64,000 bases of DNA, from assembly GCA_002269645.1 (NCBI GenBank), contig NIVC01000175.1, positions 372,001-436,000 of the forward strand, given 5' to 3'. This document shows positions 25,276 through 37,444 of the stretch, piece after piece; within the stretch, counting starts at the first letter, position 1; every line of letters starts with the position of its first letter. The notes beneath the pieces were generated by a model. That model ran no database searches. It was not told the origin of the DNA and saw nothing but the letters and a program-made list of their open reading frames with translations. Source of the DNA: Macrostomum lignano (taxonomy: Eukaryota). Both the position numbers and the translations under genes were made by a program.

Positions 25276-27454
25276 ATGCAACGCCCATTTGCGGACAGTT
25301 TCGAGTCAAGTTCGGAAGATTCGCGTAAAGGCGGCCGAGGAGGAGCCGTTGCCGGCGGCATCATACCGGGAGAATTAGCGCCGGGAGGTGGTACGCCAGC
25401 AATTTCGGAGACTCAGCTAGGCTCACGTCGAACAATTGCCAATATAACAGCTAAAGAATGGGCATTTCTAGCCATCACTGGAGCAGGCGTACTAGCCGGA
25501 GCAGCATTCGCTATCTATTTTCTGGCAACGAATGCGGCAGATATGAATTCGGACTTCACGCTGGCACTATTGCTATTGATGAATGCGGGATTTGCCGCGT
25601 ATTACCTACTCGATGGCGTATTTACTGAACGAGCCTACGAACTATTAGCCTTAGTAGGTACAGAAATCATGCTACTAGTTTATTTAGTGGCAAATTTTGT
25701 CTACATGAAAGGCTGGGAATCGCCGGTGAAAATTGCCCGACTAACAACTGCCGGAGTATTGGCGCCGCCGTCTGTAGCGCTTGGCATCATGATTATTTAC
25801 GAGTACTTTTCGTCCGGAAATTTCATTTTTAGAAAGGTAAAAATACAAAAGTGAATCTTGACACTAGACAGGAAATGGATAGTAAAAGCAGACTATGAGA
25901 TAAAAGTAGACAGGCTGGGAAATAGAAGACAGGTAGGTAGAAGTAGGCAGATGGAGGAACAGAAGTAGACATCGGAATAGAAGTGGGAGATAGAAGTAGA
26001 CACAGGTGGGATAGAAGTAGGCACCAGTGGGATAGAAGTAAGTAGATATGGGGATAGAAGTAGACACAGGTGGGATAGTAGACATGAGGATAGACGTAGA
26101 CACAGGTGGGATAGAAGTAGACATGGGGATAGACACAGGTGGGATAGAAGTAGGCACCGGTTGGATAGAAGTAGACAGGTGGGATAGAAGTAGACATGGG
26201 GATAGAAGTAGACACAGGTGGGATAGAAGTAGACATGGGGATAGAAGTAGACACAGGTGGGATAGTAGACATGTGGATAGAAGTAGACACAGGTGGGATA
26301 GTAGACATGTGGATAGAAGTAGACACAGGTGGGATAGAAGTAGACATGGGGATAGAAGTAGACACAGGTGGGATAAAAGTAGACATGGGGATAGAAGTAG
26401 ACATGGGGATAGAAGTAGACACAGGTGGGATAGAAGTAGCCACATGGGTGAAATAGAAGTAGACACGTGGGTGGGATAGAAGTAGACACATGGGCGGGAT
26501 AGAAGTAGACACGTGGGGGGGATAGAAGTAGACACGTGGGTAGAATAGAAGTAGACACGTGAGGGGATAGAAGTAGACACGTGAGGGGATAGAAGTAGAC
26601 ACGTGAGGGGATAGAAGTAGACACGTGGGAGGAATAGAAGTAGACACGTGAGGGGATAGAAGTAGACACGAATGGATTAGAAGTACCCATGGGGATAGAA
26701 GTAAACACATAGATGGAATAGAAGTAGACAGAGGGGGCTAGAAGTAGACATATGGGTGGGATAGAAGTAGATATGGGAGGATAGAAGTAGACACAAGGGG
26801 AGTGAAGTAGACACATGGGAGATAGAAGTAAACTTGGGGGAGTTAGTAGACCCTTGGTGGTTATGAGCTAAACAAAAGATGAATTTTATAAAGTTACTAA
26901 TAATTTATTAACAAATAACAATTTACTAATTAAAACAGGTGGGCGCGGACGCCAGCCTGCAGCGCCTGTGTCGCCGACTATTCGCCACCGAGAGTGTGAT
27001 AAAATTCGACTTGCAAAGCACTCTATCAGTTGTACTACTAATAGTAAAGAGTGGCGCATTCAGTCTGGCTGAAGAGTTGGCTCTAGGCCTGGGCATCGGA
27101 TTATCGTTGCTGTGGAACGGATTCGCAATAGTAGCTATCAGATTAGAGAACTATAGCCTAACCATAATCCTACTAATCACTGGATTAATCCAGCCGGCCT
27201 ACATGACTTTTGTAGTAGTGGCCAATGTTGATTTGTTAGTAGACACTAATAATACTTTTATACCGGCTAACGCGGATTTCTCCAACGCCTCGCCGAATGT
27301 GTCCTTGGCAACCTCACTATTCGCGTTGGTATTAAGATTTGGCCTATTAGCTCTAATGCTGCTGGCTATGCGTAACTATGGCAACGGATTGCGAAGGAAA
27401 CTAGTGCCGCCAATATTGAGAAGATTAACTAGAAGCGAGTATGAAAGCGTTTGA
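25276..27454 (+). CDS. UPF0658-like multipass (about 7-8 TM) membrane protein, 358 aa; exons 25276-25836 and 26939-27454
   Basis: Donor AAG|GTAAAA at 25836/7 and acceptor TACTAAT..ACAG|GTG at 26938/9 (both phase 0) join IFRK|VGAD. Motifs IFRKVGAD..LQ..., KFDL, AIRLEN and NYGNGLR recall fungal UPF0658 Golgi proteins (IxKxIGAD, LLKFDF, AVRREN, NFGKGLK); family recognised from memory. Confidence 0.75.
25880..26830. repeat. Intronic minisatellite, ~19-21-bp unit GGGATAGAAGTAGACAC(AGGT)
   Basis: Fills most of the 1,102-nt intron of the UPF0658-like gene. Confidence 0.95.
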
Positions 27455-27882
27455 CTTCAATAATTGAATTACTTATTAAACTCGAACTGACAATTTTATT
27501 CACTTACATCACACTATATTGTTGTAAATTTATTAATAATCAGATTTGATTTTTTAAGAAACCTTCATCATCATTGAAAGTCTTATAATACGTGTAATTT
27601 CATTCCACTTCTATTTTCTAATTATTGTTTATAAATTATTTTAGAGTACAAAGTTTTGCGTCTTTTTTAAGCGGTTTTTTTAATAGCCGGTGTTACAGAG
27701 TAAAGTATTAAATGACATAACAGGAACTACAATAAAAATACCAGAATGTCAATCGATCCCATACTGATCTCATTGCACTATTTTACTACAATTATGAAAT
27801 TTTCTAAAATTCCAATACATTGTTCATTTTCACTCTTTTTCGTTCAATACGTAAAAATACTACGGTGCAATCTGAGTAAACG

Positions 27883-28690
27883 GATCTGGGAGGGGGACTG
27901 AAGATCCAGCAACTGAGCATCTGGGAGGCTGGTGGTCCAGAAACTGAGGATCTGGGAGGCTGGTGGTCCAGAAACTGAGGATCTGGGAGGCTGGTCCAGC
28001 AACTGAGGATCTGGAAGGCTGGTCCAGCAACTGAGGATCTGGGAGGCTGGCCCAGCAACTGAGGATCTGGAAGGCTGGTCCAGCAACTGAGGATCTGGGA
28101 GGCTGGCCCAGCAACTGATGATCTGGAAGGCTGGTCCAGCAACTGAGCATCTGGGAGGCTGGTGGTCCAGAAACTGAGGATCTGGGAGGCTGGTGGTCCA
28201 GCAACTGAGCATCTGGGAGGCTGGTGGTCCAGCAACTGAGGATCTGGGAGGCTGGCCCAGCAACTGACACTCTGGGAGGCTGGCCCATCAACTGACACTC
28301 TGGGAGGCTGGCCCATCAACTGACACTCTGGGAGGCTCAACCAGCAACTGAGGATCTGGGAAGGTGCTGGCTCAGCAACTAAGGATCTGGGAGGCTGGCC
28401 CAGCAACTGAGCACCTGGGAGGCTGGCCCAGCAACTGAGCATCTGGGAGGCTGGCCCAGCAACTGACACTCTGGGAGGCTGGCCCATCAACTGAAACTCT
28501 GGGAGGCTGGCCCATCAACTGACACTCTGGGAGGCTCAACCAGCAACTGAGGATCTGGGAAGGTGCTGGCTCAGCAACTGAGGATCTGGGAAGGTGCTGG
28601 CTCAGCAACTGAGGATCTGGGAAGGTGCTGGCTCAGCAACTGAGGATCTGGGAAGGTGTTGGCTCAGCAACTGAGGATCAGGGAAGCTGC
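27883..28690. repeat. Minisatellite, 28-32-bp unit CAGCAACTGAGGATCTGGGAGGCTGGCC; inverted relative of 19869-20527
   Basis: Reverse complement GGCCAGCCTCCCAGATCCTCAGTTGCTG differs at one base from the 28-bp unit at 20340-20520. Confidence 0.95.
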
Positions 28691-29219
28691 GACCCAAGTG
28701 TAGAGAAAATTTTAGTATAAAACACATTTAGGCGTACCGAAAGTCTACGATAAAAATAATGAAGCTGTCTTAAATAAACAGCTGGATGCCACGCGTAACA
28801 TTACGAGAAATATTCAAGACTCAAAACAAAAAATTATTTATGTTTGGAAAAATCCTTGCACGACGTGAGTCGCAAACGATTAGTAAGATTAAACAAAAGA
28901 AATGGAAATTCGCTGGAAGAAATCTATGGGACCCATTGAATAAAAAAATTCCATTCACTGACCTTTCTTAGCTTAGTTTCCAGTGCTCAGGCAGATAGAC
29001 TGGCAATCATTGCTTCATATAAGCCTGCCGCACGTTGTAAACCAAAAAATGAAGCTGAAATTATAACAAAAATAATGTTCATATAAATAGACTCCTAATA
29101 AAATAGAATTTTAATCTATCCAGTAACTTTGCATTCATACTTCAAATAGTTCACATGAGAATTCGTTTCTGCATGATCTGAACAGATCGTGAAGTTTTTA
29201 CTTGAGCTAACCTAATTCG

Positions 29220-29480
29220 ATCTTAACTGACCTTTCTATTTGACCTCAACTGATATTTCTATTTGACCTCAACTGATCTTTATATTTGACCTTAACTGAC
29301 CTTTCTATTTGACCTCAACTGATCTTTATATTTGACCTCAACTGATCTTTCTATTTGACTTAACTGACCTTTCTATTTGACCTCAACTGACCTTTCTATT
29401 TGACTTAAACTGACCTTTCTATTTGACCTCAACTGATCTTTCTTTTTGATCTGAACTGATCTTTCTATTCAACTTAAACT
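29220..29480. repeat. Minisatellite, ~23-bp unit CTATTTGACCTCAACTGATCTTT
   Basis: About 11 copies. Confidence 0.9.
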
Positions 29481-29929
29481 AACTCTGCATTCTGGCCTAA
29501 ACTGAATTAGTCTTTCAACTTTAAAAATTCCTTCAGAAGTATTGTTAATAGCATAAATAATTGACCCAATATCTCACCTTTTCCAGTTTCAGATCCCGGC
29601 GAATAATCGTTTTGCTATGCGATTCTCATTAAAATAGTACAGCGCCAGTGATATAATCTCAACTCAGCTTTAGAGTCGATTAGAGTTGAGCATAATCACT
29701 AACTGATTCTTGTATCAAATTTGTACGCAAAAAACTTCCTCGTTTTAGTTGAAAAGTACCACAGTTTGAAGACATTGGCAGTCTTGTTTCTGCAGTGTAT
29801 TGTTGGGTTTTGAGGCATTAGTAGACTGTTAATGATCAGTAGGTAAAAACAAGTCTTGACTGCAAATCTATTGAATTTAGTACACCGTAAACGGTAGAAG
29901 TGGGGAAAATTCCTAGAATCAGAGAAAAT

Positions 29930-30320
29930 GCGCTTTCATAGTCTGAAGATCTGTGAAAGGTGCTTGCATAGCCTGAGGATCTGTGAAGGGTTCTTGCATA
30001 GTCTGAGGATCTGTGAAGGGTGCTTGCATAGTCTGAAGATTTGTGAAGGGTGCTTGCATAGCCTGAGGATCTGTGAAGGGTTCTTGCATAGTCTGAGGAT
30101 CTGTGAAGGGTGCTTGCATAGCCTGAGGATCTGTGAAGGGTTCTTGCATAGTCTGAAGATCTGTGAAGGGTGCTTGCATAGTCTGAGGAGGGTGCTTGCA
30201 TAGTCTGAAGATCTGTGAAGGGTGCTTGCATAGTCTGAGGATCTGTGAAGGGTGCTTGCATAGTCTGAGGATCTGTGAAGGGTGCTTGCATAGTCTGAGG
30301 ATCTGTGAAGGGAGCTTGCA
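29930..30320. repeat. Minisatellite, 30-bp unit GCATAGTCTGAGGATCTGTGAAGGGTGCTT
   Basis: About 13 copies; 10-residue periodic ORFs. Confidence 0.95.
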
Positions 30321-31149
30321 GAATGCCGATCTTTGAGGTTATATAGTGTTTTTTGCCATACATACTACTTACAGTAGAGTAGCAATGTGTCTTACTAAGC
30401 AACCAGCTAAATAATGTAAAAAGTTGGAAAAGCAAGTATTGGAAACTCGTTAGGTGATTAAACATCAAAGTTATGGGCTATGATAATTTAGCGGTTATAC
30501 GTAAGGTCGGCTATATTTTATTTAGGCATGCTGACATCGAAGCAGCTAAGAACTGATAAACAGAAAAAGGTTGGATCGTTACAAAAAGCGATTAGGTGCG
30601 TTACAAAATTTATCAGAAAATATAAACTATTAGAAAAATTATTATCATGTCGCTTACATACTACTTATATACGCAAGAAAAATATTATGAGAAAGATTGT
30701 GTTTGTTAAACTTTTCGAATAAAAATGCATTGTTTTATAACTTTTATTAAATATTATTGCACTAATTATTACACATAAATTATGACTCCATATTGGAAGG
30801 TTGGAAAGTTTACTGGTAAAAACATAAGATAATTTAAACGAAAAATCGCAAGCACCTTACTAAGAAATATTTCAGCTAATAAATGCCTTACAAACTAAAT
30901 ACATTTTGACTCCTAAAAAGTAGGATTATTAAATTATAGAAAAATAAAATTAATTTGACACACTTCATTGAATAACTACGAAACAATGACTATTAATAAT
31001 AGCACAACAACAGATTTAATGAAAAAAGCAAAAAATATGCGAAATATAAAAGACTAACCTTAAGTCCTCGATTTGTAGCAGGTGTTTAAAAAATAACCAA
31101 TGACCTGTCTGCTTCACTTTAGATTTTAATAACATAGACTCATTACATA

Positions 31150-31800
31150 GTCCTCAGATAACCTTGACCCACTGACCTGCTTGACCTCAGATAACTTTGA
31201 CCTACCAACCTGCTTGACCTCAGATAACCTTGACCTACCAACCTGCTTGACCTCAGATAACCTTGACCTACCAACTTGCTTGACCTCAGATAACCTTGAC
31301 CCACTGACCTGCTTGACCTCAGATAACCTTGACCTTCCAACCTGCTTGACCTTAGATAACCTTGACCTTCCAACCTGCTTGACCTTAGATAACCTTGACC
31401 TTCCAACCTGCTTGACCTTAGATAACCTTGACCTTCCAACCTGCTTGACCTTAGATAACCTTGACCTTTCAACCTGCTTGACCTTAGATAACCTTGACCT
31501 TCCAACCTGCTTGACCTTAGATAACCTTGACCTTCCAACCTGCTTGACCTTAGATAACCTTGACCTTTCAACCTGCTTGACCTTAGATAACCTTGACCTT
31601 CCAACCTGCTTGACCTTAGATAACCTTGACCTTTCAACCTGCTTGACCTTAGATAACCTTGACCTTCCAACCTGCTTGACCTTAGATAACCTTGACCTTC
31701 CAACCTGCTTGACCTTAGATAACCTTGACCTTCCAACCTGCTTGACCTTAGATAACCTTGACCTTTCAACCTGCTTGACCTCAGATAACCTTGTCCTATT
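31150..31800. repeat. Minisatellite, 33-bp unit CCTTGACCTTCCAACCTGCTTGACCTTAGATAA
   Basis: About 20 homogeneous copies; 11-residue periodic ORFs. Confidence 0.97.
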
Positions 31801-31990
31801 TGACCCTGTTGACCCTGACATGAGAATCGACATAAAAAACAAAAATAGGTCAAATCGACAAAGGTAAATTAACTCGTATTGCAGAAAAACAGATTTTGAA
31901 ATTGTTTAGCAGTCGAGAGAAAAAATACGAATAAGAAATCAAGCGCTCAAGTCGTCTAATTGTCGCAATGGAGTTGATAAAGTACAATCA

Positions 31991-34900
31991 CTACTTGGCT
32001 GTCGGGATCAGAGCGTCCGGGGCTTTCACCCGGCCATTGCCGCACAGCTCAGCCCGTAGCATCCGATCCAGCATCTCCTTAGCAAAATTGAGCCGCTCGG
32101 TGAGCGCCGCTGTCATGCCGTGAATGGCCAGCAGCCGGAATCGATAAGTGGTGAACACTCGCTTCTCGTCAATGTAGGAGACGGCCTCCATGTTTGGGCA
32201 CAAGATGATCTTGGTGTGGTCTTTGAAGAAGTTCAGCTGGGAAGAATAGTTGAGGGTAGCGTTGCTTTGAGCCGGGTTTTTTAGATATTAGTGAGCATAG
32301 TTAATAAAAATTTGTCATGCAGTAAGTCACGAAATACTTTACTAACTGAGTCACTGAATGTGTCACTAACTGAGTCACTGAATGTGTCACTAACTGAGTC
32401 ACTGAATGTGTCACTAACCGAGTCACTGAATGTGTCACTAACTGAGTCACTGAATGTGTCACTAACCGAGTCACTGAATGTGTCACTGAATGTGTCACTA
32501 ACTGAGTCACTGAATGTGTCACTAACCGAGTCACTGAATGTGTCACTAACCGAGTCACTGAATGTGTCACTAACCGAGTCACTGAATATGTCACAAAGGA
32601 CACTAAATGTATCACTAATTGAGTCACTCAATATGTTACTCAATGAGTCTCACTAAATTTTTCACTAAATGATTCGCTAAATGTGTCACTAAGTGAGTCA
32701 TTAAATGTGTGACTAAGTGTGTCACTAAGTGAGTCATTAAATGTGTGACTAAGTGAGTCACTAAATGATTCGCTAAATGTGTCACTAAATGATTCGCTAA
32801 ATGTGTCATTAAAGTGAGTAATTAAATGTGTGACTAAGTGAGTCACTAAATGATTCGCTAAATGTGTCACTAAAGTGAGTCATTAAATGTGTCACTAAGT
32901 GAGTCACTAAATGATTCGCTAAATGTGTCATTAAAGTGAGTCATTAAATGTGTGACTAAGTGAGTCACTAAATGATTCGCTATCGCTAAATGTGTCACTA
33001 AGTGAGTCATTAAATGTGTGACTAAGTGAGTCACTAAATGATTCGCTAAATGTGTCACTAAAGTGAGTCATTAAATGTGTCACTAAGTGAGTCACTAAAT
33101 GATTCGCTAAATGTGTCATTAAAGTGAGTCATTAAATGTGTCACTAAGTGAGTCACTAAATGATTCGCTATCGCTAAATGTGTCACTAAGTGAGTCATTA
33201 AATGTGTGACTAAGTGAGTCACTAAATGATTCGCTAAATGTGTCACTAAAGTGAGTCATTAAATGTGTCACTAAGTGAGTCACTAAATGATTCGCTAAAT
33301 GTGTCATTAAAGTGAGTCATTAAATGTGTCACTAAGTGAGTCACTAAAGTGAGTCACTAAAGTGAGTCACTAAAGTGAGTCATTAAATGTGTCACTAAGT
33401 GAGTCACTAAAGGGAGTTATTAAATGTGTCATTAAGTGGGTCACCTTTTGGGTCACCAAACGGTCACTAAACACCTCCTACAAAAAATGCTCACCTGCAG
33501 AATTCCGTTATTCAAATACATAACCATAGCGTGCTTGGTTCGAAACCAGGCTGACAGCACTGGCAATCTGGCAAACTTGTCAGACTCCTTCGGCGCCATA
33601 TCTTGACCAGTAGTGAGCAGATGCTCCATCATGTAGGTGCGAAAATATTCCAACAGAAGCATTTTCTTCTGCAGCTCGGCTGGCGGAGCTTCATTCTTGT
33701 TAAAGAATAATTCACGATTGTCTCTCTTATAGTACTGGATGTTCTGCTGATTGGCTGACAGAATCAGCTTCGTACAGTCGTTGAATAGCACGCCAACAGA
33801 ATTGTCGCACAGCTGATAGCCCAGACCGTATTTGTCGGAATAGTCGACCCACTTGCCAACCCAATAGATTGGGGTGCTGGCTGGGTCCTCAGCGTCCGAC
33901 ATCTGCTCCTTGCTTACCTGGCGAATGCGTTTAGATATGGGGATGCAACGGGTTTCAGTCTTGAAGAGAGTTGGTCCCCCATCTTCACAAATCCTTTATC
34001 TACAAGCAGGCCCCTAATCTTCACAAATCCCTAATCTTGACAAATCCCCTATCTTCACAAATCCCTAATCTTGACAAATCCCCTCCCTATCTGCACAAAT
34101 CCCCTATCTTCACAAATCTCCCGACCCCCATATCTTCACAAATCCCCCACATCTTCACAAATCCCCCATATCTTCACAAATCCCCCATATCTTCACAAAT
34201 CCCACACATCTTCACAAATCCCTCCATATCTTCAAAAATCCCCCACATCTTCACAAATCCCTCCATATCTTCACAAATCCCCCACATCTTCACAAATCCC
34301 TCCATATCTTCACAAATCCCTCCATATCTTCACAAATCCCCCACATCTTCACAAATCCCTCCATATCTTCACAAATCCCACACATCTTCACAAATCCCTC
34401 CATATCTTCACAAATCCCCCCAGATCTTCACAAATCCCCCCAGATCTTCACAAATCCCCCATATCTTCACAAAGCCCCCCAGATCTTCACAAATCCCCCC
34501 AGATCTTCACAAATCCCCCCAGATCTTCACAAATCCCCCATATCTTCACAAATCCCCCTCAGATCTTCAAAAATTCCCCCCATATCTTCACAAATTCCCC
34601 AGATCTTCACAAAGCCCCCTCATATCTTCACAAATCCCTCTAGATCTTCACAAATCCAAATTAAAAAAACACTCCTGAATGAGTAAAAGCATATCGTCTA
34701 AAATCACAAAAATCTCAAATAGGCCTTCAATAAACCAGACAAGTACTCACGGGCCCAGCTTGAGCAGTAGGACTAGCCAACAGAGTAGCCAACTGTTCGA
34801 ATAGCATCTGCTGATTAACTTTATCAGTCTGCCTGCTAGGCAATAACTGGCCATTGCTATTCTCTCGCGGTTGCAGCACTACAGCCGGCGGATTGTTGCT

Positions 34901-35459
34901 AGCCGCCTCGGAGAGACCAGCTTTACCCGCAGCATTAGTAGGCCGCACCTGGTCCTTCTTCTCCTGTTGCTCCTGCGGTCGCATCTCCTCGTCTTCGGCG
35001 GCGATAGCGCTAGTATTGCGAATATTACGCAAAGCCTGCCTAGCCGGATCGTCTAATCTTGGCGTTACGGTGAGCACAGACTCCGGTAGAGAGGGCAGAA
35101 TTGGCTGCAAACTGAAGAACGGATCGTGCGGCATAGCGAAGACGCTTGGACGGAGCTGAGGCTGCGATTGCAGCATGGAACGGATGAAGGCGGCCACGAC
35201 CGGGTTCAAGCTGCTGGGAATCTGCGGCCGGATTGGAAGAAGGAGTGAAATTTTTAATTATTTTACACCGATATGTATCGAAAAAAAATGTAACAATTAA
35301 AATTTGTCAACTTGATAATAGCATGTACGCAATTTATGACGACGATGAATTCACTCAATGCCGTTGTACATCATGTGTAGTCTGGAAGTCTGGGTGTTTC
35401 TGTGTGTCCCTGTCTGTCTGTCTGTCTGACGGTCTGTCTGTCTGTCTGTCTGTCTGACG

Positions 35460-35491
<32 letters not shown>

Positions 35492-35510
35492 GCCTGCCTG
35501 CCTGCCTGCC

Positions 35511-35556
<46 letters not shown>

Positions 35557-35572
35557 GCTGTCTGTCTGCCTC

Positions 35573-35608
<36 letters not shown>

Positions 35609-35672
35609 GCTGTCTGTCTGTCTGTCTAGCTGTCTGTCTGCCTGTCTGTCTGTCTGCCTGTCTGTCTGCCTC

Positions 35673-35711
<39 letters not shown>

Positions 35712-35717
35712 GCCCGT

Positions 35718-35754
<37 letters not shown>

Positions 35755-35758
35755 CGAC

Positions 35759-35795
<37 letters not shown>

Positions 35796-37437
35796 GCCTA
35801 TCTGTATGTTTGTCTGTCTGTCTGTCTGTCTGCCTGCCTGCCTGTCTGTCTGTCTGGGAGCTCCCTGTCAGTATGTAAAATATAGAAAACTCATAATATA
35901 TTAGTCTCACCTTAAAATTATTATTCTTAATCCGAACGTAGGTCTCCTTGAGCGAAGGCGATTCAAATGGCGGCCTACCTACAACTAGGGTGTAGAGAAT
36001 GCAGCCCAGAGACCAGACGTCCACCTCAAAGCTGTGACCCTGCTTGTTAAGCACCTCCGGGGCCAGGTAATTAGGCGTGCCGCACATTGTCTTCTTCTGT
36101 TCGCCGTCTCTGTTGACCTGCGTAGCCAGGCCAAAGTCGCCGATTTTCACCTGGATTGGGATATTTTTAACAGGTTAGCGACTGCCGAAAAAAACTGTTT
36201 TCAGACGCCAGTAAATCTCTCCAACCTATTTCTAATCCTATTTTTCTAACACTGGTTCCACTACGGCAACCTTATTCCCCTTCACAATCAATCCATCATT
36301 AACTTATTACGTAATCAAAAAATACTTCTTTAACACCGACTCTACCTCTCAACCTACTTTCCCAACACCGACTCTACCTCTTAACCTACTTCCCGAACAG
36401 ACTCTACCTCAACCTACTTTTTAAACGGACTCTACCTTTCAACCTACTTTTTCAACACTGACTCTACCTCCTCAAACTACTTTTCCTAACACTTACTCTA
36501 TCTCTCAACCTACTTTCCCAACACTAAAAATCTACCTGTCAACCTTCTTCCCTAACACTTACTCCCTTCTTCTCCAACACTGGCCCTACTACTCAACCTT
36601 CTTCCCATAACACATACTTTACCTCTCAACCTACTTTCCCAACAAAAAGTCTACCTCTTAACCTACTTTTTAACACTGACAACACTGACCCTACTTCTCA
36701 ACCTACTTTTTAAACACTGATCCTACTACTCAACCTACTTCCCCTAACACTTACTTTACCTCTTAACCTACTTCTCTAAAATATAAAACCTACAACATAA
36801 CCTACTTTTCTCAAGCAACAGCACTGCATCACAATTTACTTTTCTACCATCTGAATATATACTCCTAACGCAACTTTCAATATTTCAACTTACTCACCCA
36901 TAGTTTAGAATTGAGAAACACGTTTCCCAGTTTGAGATCGCGGTGAATAATCTTGTTGCTATGCAGATACTGGCAGCCGCTGACAATCTGTCTCATAAAG
37001 TACTGAGCCTCAGGCACAGTGACCAGCTTTCGCCTACGATGCAGCTCCATCAGGGAACGCCTTGAGCACAGCTCCAACAAGATGTACATGTTTTCCTGAT
37101 CGGCAAAACTATCGTAGAATTTCACCAAATGTTCGTGCGACAATTTCCGATGAATCTCGATCTCCTGAATCATCTTCTCTTTCTGCGAGTCTTTAACTAG
37201 AAGCTTTTTGGACACGATCTTGCAAGCCAGGGTGCGGCAGTCGCTAGCATCTGAGCTAGTCACCTCGTAGCAGAAAGCGAAACCGCCTTTGCCAAGAAAT
37301 TTGCCGCAATTGTAAGAAATTCTACTTTGTGAGTTCACAATCACGGCCGGAATTGTGGGATTCTTAGCCCGCTGTGCTGCTGCGGCATCCGCATTAGCCG
37401 GTACTGCCTTTGATGTGATTGGCATTGCTGCTTTCAT
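31991..37437 (-). CDS. plk1: Polo-like kinase 1 (polo), 639 aa; exons 37437-36898, 36150-35911, 35221-34751, 33917-33495, 32236-31991
   Basis: Kinase motifs [41 protein letters not shown]; polo boxes [18 protein letters not shown] and [13 protein letters not shown]. All four GT-AG junctions are phase 0 and restore contiguous PLK1 sequence. The first acceptor base of exon 4 could be 33902 instead. Confidence 0.95.
32335..33440. repeat. Complex minisatellite in plk1 intron 4, rich in TGAGTCA, with a 188-bp higher-order period
   Basis: 24-bp units AATGTGTCACTAACTGAGTCACTG, then blocks recurring at 32870/33058/33246. Confidence 0.93.
33985..34655. repeat. Minisatellite in plk1 intron 3, ~18-19-bp unit ATCTTCACAAATCCCCC
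   Basis: Tandem repetition. Confidence 0.95.
35410..35856. repeat. (CTGT)n microsatellite in plk1 intron 2
   Basis: About 450 bp of CTGT with variants. Confidence 0.97.
36330..36820. repeat. Degenerate ~32-bp minisatellite in plk1 intron 1 (AACACTGACTCTACCTCTCAACCTACTTTTCC)
   Basis: Recurring CAACCTACTT and ACTCTACCT motifs. Confidence 0.85.
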
Positions 37438-37444
37438 TTTACTG

